From Mobula hypostoma (taxonomy: Eukaryota), in the NCBI RefSeq assembly GCF_963921235.1, contig NC_086097.1:155436001-155500000 (forward strand): a DNA stretch of 64,000 nucleotides, given 5' to 3'. Under the pieces are notes generated by a model, which saw nothing but the letters and a program-made list of their open reading frames with translations, did no database searches and had not been told where the DNA came from. Made by a program: the position numbers and the translations under genes. Below are positions 23,824-37,344 of the stretch, one piece after another. Positions within the stretch are counted from its first letter, which is position 1. Each line of letters begins with the position of its first letter.

Positions 23824-25692
23824 ATAGAAACTTAGAAAATATGTGCAGGAGTAGGCCATTCGGCCCTTCGAGCCTGCACCGCCATTTATTATGATCATGG
23901 CTGATCATCCAACTCAGAACCCCGCCCCAGCCTTCCCCCCATACCCCCTGACCCCCGTAGCCACAGGGGCCATATCTAACTCCCTCTTAAATATAGCCAA
24001 TGAACTGGCCTCAACTGTTTCCTGTGGCAGACAATTCCACAGATTCACCACTCTCTGTGTGAAGTTTTTCCTAATCTCGGTCCTAAAAGGCTTCCCCTCT
24101 ATCCTCAAACTGTGGCCCCTTGTTCTGGACTTCCCCAACATCGGGAACAATCTTCCTGCATCTAGCCTGTCCAATCCCTTTAGGATCTTATACGTTTCAA
24201 TCAGATCCCCCCTCAATCTTCTAAATTCCAACGAGTACAAGCCCAGTTCATCCAGCCTTTCTTCATATGAAAGTCCTGCCATCCCAGGAATCAATCTGGT
24301 GAACCTTCTTTGTACTCCCTCTATGGCAAGGATGTCTTTCCTCAGATTAGGGGACCAAAACTACACACAATACTCCAGGTGTGGTCTCATCAAGGCCTTG
24401 TACAACTGCAGTAGTACCTCCCTGCTCCTGTACTCGAATCCTCTTGCTATAAATGCCAGCATACCATTCGCCTTTTTCACCGCCTGCTGTACCTGCATGC
24501 CCACTTTCAATGACTGGTGTAGAATGACACCCAGGTCTCGTTGCACCTCCCCTTTTCCTAATCGGCCACCATTCAGATAATAATCTATTTTCCTATTTTT
24601 GCCACCAAAGTGGATAACTTCACATTTATCCACATTAAATTGCATCTGCCATGAATTTGCCCACTCACCCAACCTATCCAAGTCACCCTGCATCCTCTTA
24701 GCATCCTCCTCACAGCTAACAATGCCACCCAGCTTCGTGTCGTCTGCAAACTTGGAGATGCTGCATTTAATTCCCTCATCCAAGTCATTAATATATAAAT
24801 TGTAAACAACTGGGGTCCCAGCACTGAGCCTTGTGGTACCCCACTAGTCACCGCCTGCCATTCTGAAAAGGTCCCGTTTATTCCCACTCTTTGCTTCCTG
24901 TCTGCTAACCAATTCTCCACCCACACCAATACCTTACCCCCAATACTGTGTGCTTTAAGTTTGCACACTAATCTCCTGTGTGGGACCTTGTCAAAAGCCT
25001 TTTGAAAATCCAAATGTACCACATCCACTGGTTCTCCCCTATCCACTCTACTAGTTACATCCTCAAAAAATTCTATGAGATTCGTCAGACATGATTTTCC
25101 TTTCACAAATCCATGCTGACTTTGTCCGATCATTTCACCGCTTTCCAAATGTGCTGTTATCACATCCTTGATAACTGACTCCAGCAGTTTCCCTACCAGC
25201 GATGTTAGGCTAACCGGTCTATAATTCCCCGGTTTCTCTCTCCCTCCTTTTTTTAAAAAGTGGAGTTACATTAGCCACCCTCCAATCCTCAGGAACTAGT
25301 CCAGAATCTAACGAGTTTTGAAAAATTATCACTAATGCATCCACTATTTCTTGGGCTACTTCCTTAAGCACTCTAGGATGCAGACTATCTGGCCCTGGGG
25401 ATTTATCTGCCTTCAATCCCTTCAATTTACCTAACACCACTTCCCTACTAACATGTATTTCGCTCAGTTCCTCCATCTCACTGGACCCTCTGTCCCCTAC
25501 TATTTCTGGAAGATTATTTATGTCCTCCTTAGTGAAGACAGAACCAAAGTAATTATTCAATTGGTCTGCCATGTCCTTGCTCCCCATAATCAATTCACCT
25601 GTTTCTGTCTGCAGGGGACCTACATTTGTCTTTACCAGTCTTTTCCTTTTTACATATCTATAAAAGTTTTTGCAGTCCGTTTTTATGTTCCC
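23824..25692 (-). mobile_element. CR1 LINE 3' portion (same young subfamily as 8745-11273) nested in an older CR1
   Basis: Near-identical RT peptides to the 9.5-11.2 kb copy; splits the host frame NKVDEL|VAQLEI. Confidence 0.95.
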
Positions 25693-25694
25693 TC

Positions 25695-27895
25695 GTGGCG
25701 CAATTAGAGATTGGTCAATATGATGTTGGGGGCATCACTGAGTCGTGGCTGAAAGACGGTTATAGTTGGGAGCTGAATATCAAAGGGTATACTTTGTATT
25801 GAAAGGACAGGCAGAAGGCATTGGCAGTGGTGTGGCTCTGTTGTTAAGAGATGGAATTCCATCTTTAGAAAGAGGTGACATAGGGTCAGAGAAGGTTGAA
25901 TCTTTGTGTGTGGAGTTAAGAAATTGCAAGGGTACAAAAAACATTATAGGAATCATATATAGGCCTCCAAATAGTAGCCAAGATCTGGGACAAGATTGCA
26001 AAGGGAGCTAGAAAATGTTGTAATAAGGCTAATGACAGTTGTAGTGAGGGACTTCAATATGCAAGGAGATTGGGAAAATGAGGTTGGTGAATACCCTCAA
26101 GATGGCTTTTTAGAGCAGTTTGTGCTCGAGTCTACTTGGGGAAATGCCATCTTAGATTGGGTGTTGTGTAATAACCCAGATCTTATTGGGGAGCTTAACG
26201 TAAAAGAACCCTTAGGAGGCAGTGATCATCATATGATTGAAATCATACTGCAATTTGAGAGGTAGAAACATAACTCACATCTATCAGTATCTCAATAGAA
26301 TAAAGGGAATTCCAGAGGCATGAGGGAGGAGCCTGCCCAAGTGGATCGGGGGAGGGTACTGGCGGGGATGACGGCAGAGCAGAGATGGCTGAAGTTTCTC
26401 GAAGTAGTTGGCAAGGTGCAGGATAGATATGTTCGAGAGAGAAAGAAGTTCTCAAATGGCAGTGGTAGGCAATCGTGGCTGACAAAAGAAGTTGACTGCA
26501 TAAAAACTAGGGAAATGGCATATAAGGTAGCAAAAGTGAGTGGGAAGTTGGATGATTGGGAAGCTTTTAAAATCTAACAAAAGGCAACAAAAAAAGCTAT
26601 AAGAAAGCAAAGGATGAAATATGAAGGCAGACCGGCCAATAATATAAAGCAGGATACCAACATTTTTTCAGTTATGCAAAGAGTAAAAGGGAGGTGACAG
26701 ATGATATTGTACCACTGAAAAATGACGATGGAGATGTAGTAATGGGCGACGAAGAAATAGAAGATGAACTAAATGGGTACTTTGCATCAGTCTTCACTGC
26801 GAAAGACACTAGCAGTGTGCCAGATGTCATTGAGTGTGAGTGCCATTGCTATTACAAAGGAAAAAGGGCCAGACAAACTCAAAGGTCTTAAGGTGGATAA
26901 GTCACCTGGGCCAGATGGACTACACCCCAGAGTCCCGAGGGAGGTTGCTGAAGAGATAATTGGTCAAGAGATGCATTGGTCATGATCTTTCTGGTTTGGT
27001 CCCAGAGGACTGGAAGATGGCAAATGTCACTCCACTCTTTAAGAAAGGAGAAAGGCAAAAAAAAAAAGGAAATTATAGGCCCGTTAGTCTTACCTCAGTG
27101 GATGGGGAAGTGTTGGAGTCTATTATTAAGGATGAGGTTTTGAGGTAGTTGGAGACTAATGATAAAATCAGTCAAAGTCAGCTTGGCGTCTGTATAGGAA
27201 AATCTTTTCTGACAAATCTGTTAGAGTTCTTCGAGGAAGTTATAAGCAGGGTGGACAAAGGAGAGATAATAGATGTCATTTACTTGGATTTTCAGAAGGC
27301 ATTTGATATAGTGTCACGCAAGGCTGCTTAACAAGATAAAATCCTATGGTATTACAGGAAAGATACAGGCATGGAGAGCAGAATGCCTGACAGGCATGAG
27401 GTAGCAAGTAGCAAAAGGGGCTGCTGGTAACTAGTGATGTTTCTCAGGGATCAGTAGTGGGGCTGCTGCTTTTCACGTTGGCAATGATTTAGGTAAAGAA
27501 ATTGGTGGCTTCATGGCAAAGTTTGTGGATGATACAGAGATAGGTGGAGGGGTAGGTTGTGCTGAGGAATCAATATGATTGCAGCTGGACACAGACAAAT
27601 TGGAAGAATGAGCAAAAAGGGAGCATATAGAATACAGTATTGGGAAATATATGATATTGCATTTTGGTAAAAGGAAAAATAGTGCAGACTATTCTCTAAA
27701 TGGGGAGAAGGTTCAAACATCAGAGGTGCAGAGGGCCTTAGGAGTCCTCATGCAAGACTCTAAGATGGTTAATTTACAGGTTGAGTCTGTTGGCATTTCA
27801 AGGGGAACAGAATATAAAAACAAATACATAATGCTGACCCTTTATAAGACATGAGACAGGCCACACTTAGAACAGTGTCAACAGTTTTGGGTCCC
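25695..27895 (+). mobile_element. Older CR1 ORF2 (continues from 23770-23823), fragmented
   Basis: IYRPPNS, SDHH, KSPGPDG, NYRPVSLTS, LDFQKAFD. Confidence 0.9.
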
Positions 27896-30800
27896 AAAAC
27901 AGCGAGTTGGACCGACAGGAGGGATATAAAAGAAGGCAGCTTCATAGAACAGGTGTGGGAGAACGGGGCAACACAGTAGAAGGAGACAGAATAGGAGGGC
28001 TTTGGTTCAACGGGGCGTAGGGGACAACAGGTCGAGGCGAGGTAATCTACTTGTGAGTAACAGGAAGTATGTCTGTGAGGCCAGTGTTCTGTACTGGATA
28101 TCAGATGTTGGATGTCCAGGACAATCCCAAGTTCCCAGACAGCCACATCCGCACCAGGTGCTTTGAGCTGCAGCTTTTCAGGGACCGAGCTAGGGAACTA
28201 GAGGTGCAGCTCGATGACCTTCGTCTGGTCAGGAAAAGTGAGGAGATGATAGAGAGGAGCTATACGCATGTAGTCACACTGGGGCCTCGGGAGACAGAGG
28301 AGGGGGAAGGGGAAGAGTCAGATACTAGAGAGTACCCCTGTGGCTGTCCTCTTTAACAATAAGTACTCCTGTTTGAGTACTGTTGGGTGGGGGGGCGGGG
28401 GCAACCTACCTGGCGGAAGCAACAGTGACCATGCCTCCAGCACAAAGTCTGGCCCTGTGGCTCAGAAGGGTCAGGAAAGGAAGAGGATGGCAGCAGTGAT
28501 AGGGGACTCTATAGTTCGGGCGTCAAACAGGTGATTCTGTGAGCTCAGGAAAGAAACATTACAGGTATATTGCCTCCTTGGTGCCAGTGTCCAGGATGTT
28601 TCTAATCACGTCCACGATATCCTCAAGTGGGAAGGTGAACAGCCAGAGGTCATGGTACAAATTGGTACCAATGACATCGGTAGGAAAAGGAAGGAGGCCC
28701 TGAAAGCAGACTACAGGGAGTTAGGAAGGAAGTTGAGAAGCAGGACCTCAAAGGTAGTAATCTCGGGATTACTGCCTGTGCCATGCGACAGTGAGTCTAG
28801 GAATAGAGTGAGGTGGAGGATAAATGTGTGGCTGAGGGATTGGAGCAGGGGGCAGGGATCATTGGGACCTCTTTTGGGGCAGATGTGACCTGTACAAAAA
28901 GGAAGGGTTGCACTTCAATCCGAGGAGGACCAATATCCTGGCAGGGAGGTTTGGGTGAGAGTTTAAACTACAATTGCAGGGGGTCGGGAACCGAACTGAA
29001 GAGACGGAGGAATAGGTGGTTGGCTCACAAATAGAGAAAGCTTGGAGACAGTGCAAGAGGGAGAATAGGCAGGTGATAGAGAAGGGATGCAATCAGACTG
29101 ATAGTTTGAGATGTGTCTGTTTTAATGCAAGAAGCGTCTTGAATAAAGCAGATGAGCTTAGAGTGTGGATCAGTACTTGGAGCTATCATGTTGAGGCCAT
29201 TACAGAGACTTGGATGGCTCAGGGGCAGGAATGTTTATTTAGAGTGCCAGGCTTTAGATGTTTCAGAAAGGACCAAGAGGGAGGCAAAAGAGGTGGGGGC
29301 ATGGCACTGTTGATCAGAGATAGTGTCACAGCTGCAGAAAAGAAGGAAGTTATGCAGGGACTCTCTACTGAGGGTCTGTGGGTGGAAGTTAGGAACAGGA
29401 AGGGGTCAATAACTCCACTGGGTGTTATTTACAGACCTCCCAAAAGTAACAGGGACATCAAGGAGTAGATCGGGTAACAGATTCTGGAAAGGTGTAACAA
29501 TAACAGGGTCTTGGTGGTTGGAGATTTTAATATCCCAATTGTTGATTGGCATCTCCCTAGAGAAAGGGGTTTAGATGGGTTGGAGTTTGTTAGGTATGTT
29601 CAGGAAGGCTTCCAGACACAATATGAAGATAAGCCAACAAGAGGAGAGGCTGTACTTCATCTGGTAAATGAACCTGCTCATGTGTGAGATCTGTCAGTAG
29701 GAGGGCATTTTGGAAATAGTGATCACAATTCTATCTCCTTTACCATAGCATTGGAGAGGGATAGGAACAAACAAGTTACGAAAGCACTTAATTGAAGTAA
29801 GAGGAAATATGAAACTATCAGGCAGGAACTTGGAAGTATAAATTGGGAGCAAATGTTCTCAGGGAAATGTACAGCAGAAATGTGACAAAAGTTCAGGGGA
29901 CATTTGCGTGGCATTCTGCATAGCTATGTTCCAATGAGACAGGGAAAGGATGGTAGGGTACAGGAACCATGGTGTACAAAGGCTATTGAAAATGTTGAAG
30001 TAAAGCTTATGAAAGCTTCAAAATACTAGTTAATGATAGAAATCCAGAAAATTATAAGGCAAGCAGGAAGGAGCTTAAGAAAGAAATTAGGAGAGCCAGA
30101 AGGGGCCATGAGAAGGCCTTGGTGAGGAGGATTAAGGAAAAGCCCAAGGCATTCTACAAATATGTAAAGAGCAAGAGAATAAGACGTGAGAGAATAGGAC
30201 CAATTAAGTATAACAGTTGAAAAGTGTCTATGGAACTAAAAGAGATAGCAGAGGTATTTAATGAATATTTTACTTAAATATTCCCTCCGGAAAAGCATCT
30301 TGGTAATTGTAGGGATGACTTACAGCGGACTGAATAGTTTGAGTATATCGACATTAAGAAAAAGGATGTTCTGGAGCTTTTGGAAAGTATCAAGTTGGAC
30401 AAGTCACCGGGACCAGACAAGATATATCCAGGCTACTGTGGGAGACGAGGGAGCAGATTGCTGATTCTCTGGCAATGATCTTTGCATCATAAATGGGGAC
30501 GGGAGAGGTTCTGAATGATTGGAGGGTTGCAGATGTTGTTCCCTTATTCAAGGGAGTAGAGATAGCCCAGGAAATTATAGACCAGTGAGTCCTACTTCAG
30601 TGGTTGGTAAGTTGATGGAGAAGATCCTGAGAGGCAGGATTTATGAACATTTTGAGAGGCATGGAATATCAGGAATAGACAGCATGGCTTTGTCAAAGGC
30701 AGGCTGTGCCTTAAGAGCCTGATTGAATTTTTTGAGGATATGACTATACACATTGATGAAGGTAGAGCAGCAGATGTAGTGTATATTGATTTCAGCAAGG

Positions 30801-31690
30801 CATTTGATAAGGTACCCCATGCAAGGCTTATTGAGAAAGTAAGGATGGAAGGGATCCAAAGGGACCTTGCTTTGTGGATCCAGAATTAGCTTGCCCACAG
30901 AAGGCAAAGAATGGTTGGAGATGGGTCATATTCTGCATGGGGATCAGTGACCAGGGGTGTGCCTCAGGCATCTGTTCTGGGACCCCTTTTCTTCATCATT
31001 TTCATAAATGACCTGATTGAGGAAGTGGAGGGATGGGTTAGTAAATTTGCTGATGACACAAAGGTTGGAGATATTGTGGACAGTGTGGAGGGCTGCCAGA
31101 AGTTATAAGGAGACACAGGATACAAAACTGGGCTGAGAAGTGGCAGATAGATTTCAACCCAGATAAGTGTGAGGTGGTTCATTTTGGTAGAAAAAATATA
31201 ATGGCAGAATATGGTATTGACGATAAAACTCTTGGCAGTGTGGAGGATCACAGGGATCTTGTGGTCAGAATCCATAGGACATTCAAAGCTGCTATGCAGG
31301 TTGACTCTGTGGTTAAGAAAGCATATGGTGCATTGGCCTTCATCAACCGTGGGATTGAGTTTAAGATCCGAGAGGCAATGTTGCAGCTATATAGGACCCT
31401 GATCAGACCCCACTTGGAGTTCTGTGCTCAGTTCTGGTCGCCTCACTACAGGAAGGATATGGAAACTACAGGAAGGGTGCAGAGGAGATTTACAAGTATG
31501 TTGCCAGGATTGGGGAGCATTCCTGCTGAGAACAGGTTGAGCGAACTCAGCCTTTTCTCCTTAGAGCTACGACGAGTGAGATCTGACCTGATAGAGGTGT
31601 ATAAGACGATGAGAGGCACCGATTGTGTGAATTGTCAGAGTCTTTTTCCCAGGGCTGAAATAGCTCACACGAGAGGCACATTTTAAGGTA
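27896..31690 (+). mobile_element. CR1 LINE with 5' region, ORF1 (coiled coil plus SGNH esterase) and degraded ORF2
   Basis: LQLFRDRARELEVQLDDL, VIGDSIVR, GTND; FNARSV, GVPQ, KFADD. Confidence 0.9.
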
Positions 31691-32006
31691 CAAAAGGTAA
31701 GGAAATCAATAATAATATAAAAACACGATAAGAATAAATGCATACCATAGCTAATGTGTGTTGATTATATGCGTGTAAAGTGATGCTCAGCACAAGAGTG
31801 TCTGTACATAAGGTGACTCTGACTAAAAGTGATGAAGTGGTGATGATGGGGATGTGCAGGTGTGGGATAGGAAGTGCATATGTTTATCAGTCTTTCTGCT
31901 TGGGGAAAGTAAGTTTTTTAGTTTGATAGTCCTGGTGTGAATGCTACACTGCCTCCTTGATGAGAGTGGGTCAAACAATCCATGAGCAAGGTGGATGTGT
32001 CCCTTC

Positions 32007-34053
32007 TGTCATGGGTGGTTGTTGGGAACGGACCCAAATCCCAAATGCAAGACACAGACACTGAATCACTGGGAAATGGACTGGACTAGAGTTAAGGACG
32101 GGACAGGACGCAGACTAGGAGCTGGGACAGGAACACAGACTTGAGCTAGGAAAGCGGGACCAGGACGAGGAACTGGGATCTAGGAGCCTGGGCTTGGACT
32201 CCGAGCCAGAGACTGCACAAGGACTAAGAACCTGGGTCTTGACTTGGGCTCGGACTCCGGAACTAGGCGAGGACATGACAAGGCTAGGGTTCTTTGAGGC
32301 TCATGGACATGGCCAGGCTCGGGTCTTGGACTCGGCTCAGTTAGTCCCTTCGGTACGGAGCCAGGACTCCTTCTTAGAGTACAGGGCCGGGACCGTTCCT
32401 AGGACGCAGGGCCGGGATGCTCACTAGGATGTGGGACCAGGATGACTTCCGACATAATCCGCCGAAGAAACTGTCAGGGATTCAGATGGGGAGGGGAAGC
32501 GAACAGTCCAGCCTCAGGGTAACGTCAAAGACGGCCTGGCTTACCCAACGGAGGCAAGGACAGGAAGGGACAGATCCCACTGTAGGGTAACGGCAAAGTC
32601 GACCTGACTTACCCAACGGTGGCAAGGATGGGAAGGGGCAGATCCAACAGCAGGGTAACAGCAAGGATGGCCTGACTTACCCCACAGAGGCAAGGACAGG
32701 AAGGGAGCTCATTCCAGGGTGGCTCCGAGTCTTGGGGCAGCCAGCAACCTTGGCTGGCTACAGAAACAGCCGAATCCATATCTAGCTCAGAGTGGCAGAC
32801 AACCATGTAAAGAGCTGTGGAGGAACATCAGAAATTGGAAACGTAGGGTTATATTCCATTTCCTGTAGACCTTATTTTTGTACTGCTGCATCCCCGATCC
32901 ATCCAAAGCTATTATAACCTGACTTGTTATGTTCCCAGCAGCCTTTTAATATAGCTCTAGTTGGTGTGAGCAGTTTTGTCCCATGATGTTAACCCAGTAA
33001 TTTAGCATCAACTCTATTCTTCTAAGTCTTAATGGCATTTCTCCCATTTTGACTTGAAGAGCTGATATGGGTGAAGTTCTGAATACACCACTACATATCC
33101 TGAGGGCCTGAGCTTGCTGAACATCCAGCATTTTTAAATTACTTTCTGCAGCTGACATGTATGCTACACTTCCATAATCCAATGTAGCCCTCGTTAAAGC
33201 TTGATCAATATTTAATAGCGATATCCTGCTCACACCTCAGTCCTGCCTGGCAAGACCCCTCAATAAGTTGTTTATTTTTTTACATTTGCTTGTAATTTTC
33301 TCAACTTGCTTTTTGCATGTAAGTTTCTCATTAAATAACAAACCAAGGAACCGAATTACCTTTACCTGATTTGTTCATATAATTTCACAGAAACTAGTTT
33401 GTTACCTCTTGAGAAGCATATCACTTGCGACTTACTTGTAGACAATTTGAAATCCCATTTATTTGCCCACTCCCCCACTTTATTTATTGCACCTTGCATT
33501 TTCCTTTGTATATAAATTAAATTTTGTACCCATAAACTCATAAAGCCCCATCATCTACAAATAACAATTTCCCCACACTATGTTCAACTTGCACAAATAT
33601 GTCATTTATCACTATGGAAAATAGTAATGGACTACAGATACTACCTTGTGGTGTTCCATTTTCAAGCAAATACATCCTGGAGTACTCGGTTTCCACCTTG
33701 ACTTGAATTGTTCAACCAAAAAGAAAGTCTAGAACCCAATTATTTAATTTTCCTTCCAACCCTAGTTGTTTGAATTTAATTAACACACCATCTTTCCAGA
33801 GCATATCCTATGCCTTTTCTACATCAAAAAATACCACCAGGACCAGTTTCTTCATTTGTTTAAGCCTTCCTAATTTCAGATTCCAAGCCAGCAACCACAA
33901 TTACTCCCAGGGACACTTATATTCCCAGCCCCAAGACGAGAATCAGGTGTTTAGGATTAAGCCCAACTGAAGCAAGGGACAGCCGGAAGACCTGGAGTCC
34001 GGAGCCCACGGACCGGACACCGGAATGTGGACTTCACGGACCAGACCATGACA
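32007..34053. mobile_element. Gypsy (Sushi-like) solo LTR with 5-bp TSD, internal tandem repeats and a nested LINE
   Basis: tgtcatgg...ccatgaca termini; CCTTC at 32002-32006 and 34054-34058; start resembles the LTR at 13557. Confidence 0.8.
32807..33870 (-). mobile_element. I-group/Nimb LINE RT fragment nested in the LTR
   Basis: LDYGSVAY...QAQALRICSGVFRTSPISALQ; ENGTPQGSICSPLLF readable on the minus strand. Confidence 0.8.
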
Positions 34054-34281
34054 CCTTCATAATGTTACTGGCCCTTTCCCAGCACCTTTCTGAATATATG
34101 TCCTTGATGGCTGTGATGCAGTGGGCACTTTTAACAGTTTTGAAGTCCTATATTGCTCAACCTTTCCTCATGAAGCATGCTCCTTAATCTAGGCAACATC
34201 CTAGTAAATCCTTGAACCACTCTGCACATCTTCAGCTATTATCTGCACTCTTTGTAGAGCTCAAACTCCCCCGCCCCCAGG

Positions 34282-35732
34282 TGACCAAGGGCGGTTGGTT
34301 CAGTAAGCAGAGCACCAGAGAACCTAGTTCAATCATGATGAGGAATTGAGGATATAAAAAAAAATCATTTTGAACCAATGTAACCTCTGGCTAAAAGAAT
34401 AATTGGGACTGAATAAGAATTTTTGAACTGAAGTAAATTCTGCCTTCAGCAGTCAGCTAAGTTCTCTCCAGCTTGCAGAGAGACATTAAGAGTTTGATAA
34501 CATTGTACATTGTACCCCCATTTGGGTAGGGAGAGGAGGACTCACCAATGAGGACAGGAATGAATATCATCTGTAATTAAGTCAGGGCCTAGCAAAGGGA
34601 ATAACTGATAAGGACTGGACAGCACATCCATCTGTAATTAAGCCTTGATTTAGCAGATTCTCTTATCTGTAACTAAGTTTTGCACTAACAGACTTGGTGG
34701 GTATAGATAGATAGATAGATAGATATACCTTATTAATCCGGAGGGAAATTTGGTTTCGTTACAGCCGCACCAACCAAGAATAGAGCGTAAATATAGCAAT
34801 ACAAAAAACCCCAACAAACAAACTATGCCAGATGGAAAATAAGTCCAAGACCAGTCTATTGGCTCAGGGTGTCTGACCCTCCACGGGAGGAGCTGCACGT
34901 TCGATGGCCACAGGCAGGAAAGACCTCCCGTGATGCCACATGTTGTATCACGGTGGAATGTGGCCGAAGTCCAACAGTAAAAAGTTCAATATCCAGTCTG
35001 CAAACACGTTCCTCGATTGTAATATGCCCCGGATTGCACCATCCGTTGTTAGCCAGAACAGTAAGCACCAACTCCCTTACGCTTACTGCTCTCAGTGCAC
35101 TTCCGGTCAGCCGGAACGGTATTACCCACCGAACTCCTCTTCTCCAAAAGTCTCTGTTGTCTCGACCCGGTCCTCGTTCCCTGGCTTTGTGATCCCCCTC
35201 TGTGTGTTTTCCTCCGGATTTCAGCAGGGGTGTCCACCGCTCTGTTCGCTAAGCCGGCCGGTCTTTGCTAGTCCGTGGAATACACAATGCGACCTTGCTT
35301 CTGTCCCGCGTGTCGGGATGTAACCATTTCCAGCGCTAAAGAAAACCTAAATAAAACTCTCTCTACCAGCATGTTAGAGAGGGTGCAGCTTCGACGTGTT
35401 ACCGTGAGAAAAAAAATACAAAAAATAACGTAAATTTAAAAGTAAGGAGAAGAAAGTAAGAAGAACGCCTGTACCAGGCTGCATGCACGACCGGCGCATG
35501 CGCACTAAAGTTCAAATGCGTACTAGTTCAAATAACATCTTGCAACAGTAATGTGTGGGGCTTACTATGTATAAATATACAGTTGTACCCTGAGGGAACA
35601 GGCCCACTTGTCAGAAGGTGGCAGTACTTCCCTTGACAACTGGGTCTTAAACTCCTGCAGGAGAATGTGCAATAAACTGATGTAACTGTAAGAAGCTGGT
35701 CTCCCAAATTCTATTCAGATTTGACTTTAACA
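34282..35732 (+). mobile_element. LTR-like element interrupted by an internally deleted Rex1-type element (about 34702-35505, minus)
   Basis: TATA-like and aataaa signals, ends in aca; nested part has a (gata)n tail and a 3' end like 2465-2660; no clean TSD found. Confidence 0.5.
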
Positions 35733-37344
35733 GTGACCCCAGGTGCTGTTTGTAGACTGCTTGGACCACGGAGATGAAATGGTCTCTCTGGTTCTCTCTC
35801 CTAAGATGCTGCCTGAACTGCTGAGTGTGCTTCTGGCATTTTCTGTTTTTATCTCAGGTTTACACCATCTGAATTTCTTTTGCCCTCTAATTCTTGAATG
35901 CACATCTCTGAAAAGTCTGTGCATATCAGAATCAGGTTTAATGACACTGGCATCTGTCGTGAAATGTATTGTTTTGCAGTAGCAGTACATTGCAATATAT
36001 AATTATTTAATAAACTATGAATTACGAGAAGGAATGTATATAAAATTAGTTAGTAGTGGAAGAAGAGTGAATAAAAGTTGAGGAAGTGTTCGTAGGTTCA
36101 CTGTCCATTCAGGAAGCTGATGAAGGAATAGTTCTTCAAACATTGAGTGTGTGTCTTCAGGCTCCTGTACCTCCCTCTTGATGGTAGCGATGAAGAGAGG
36201 GCATGTCCTGGGTGATAGGGGTCCTTAATGATGAATGGTGTCACCTTCTGAAGATTTCCTCAATGCTGGGGAATCTCTTGCCCATGATGGAGCTGGCTGA
36301 GTTTACAACTTTCTGCAGCTTTTTGTGATCCTGTCCAGTGACCCCCTTCATACTAGATGATAATGCAACTCGTTAAATGCTCTCCATGGTAATTCAAAAC
36401 AGTGATGACGGGCCACCCCGGCGTGTGCACACCGTGAAATGGTGAGGGAGGCTCTAGAAAAATGATAAATTCAAGACTCTGCAGATTTTTGAAATCTAGA
36501 GCAACACTCACACCCAAAGTGTCGGAGGAACTCAGCAGGTCAGCCAGCATATGAGACCCTCCATTGTTTGGGGTCGACTCCTGATGTTGTGTCCTAGCTC
36601 TCTACATTGCCGATATGCAAGTCAGGGCAATAGGATATGGAGAGTAAGCTGTTACCCCTGCAGCAGTCTCCCTCTCTCCATGTGGCTTATCTTGGTTCTA
36701 ACGGGGAGCCCTTCCATTCTGGGGATGTCACCACTGGTTCCAGACTCCGGCACTGTATGAAACATCCTATTCACATCCACTCTGTCCAGGCCTCACAACA
36801 TTCAGTTGATGTAAATGAGATCCTCCACACCCCCGATTCTTCTGAACTCGTGCGACTCTGGGGTGGAGTCATCAAATGGTCTGCATATGTTAATTCTTTC
36901 ATTCCTGGGATCACTCTTGTGAATCACATCTGGACCCTTTCAAATGCCATCATATTCTATTGTAGATAAGGGGCCCAGATGTGTTCCCAATACTTTAAAT
37001 GCAATCTGACCAATGCCTTGTAAAGTCTCTGCATTGCATACTTGATTTTATATTCTAGACCTCTTGAAATGAATACAAACATTGCGTTTGATTCCGTATC
37101 ACTATCTTAACCTGCAAGTTGATCTTTTGTGAACCCTGCATGTCCCTTTCATCCTCTGATTTCTGAATTTACTCCCCCTTTGAAAATAATTTATCCCTTT
37201 ATTCCTTCGACCAAACTGCATGACCATCTTCACTTCCCACCTCCCACCTCACTACGAGACTTTGGATGCTGGAATCTGAAGCAACACGCAAACAGCTGGA
37301 AGAAATCAGTGGGTCAGGCAGCATATGCAGAGGGGGATGAACAA

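Noticed and set aside
32060..32450. Short ggac/ggact-rich repeats as a possible CRISPR-like array
   Set aside because: Irregular LTR-internal repeats with no constant repeat-spacer structure, in a eukaryotic context
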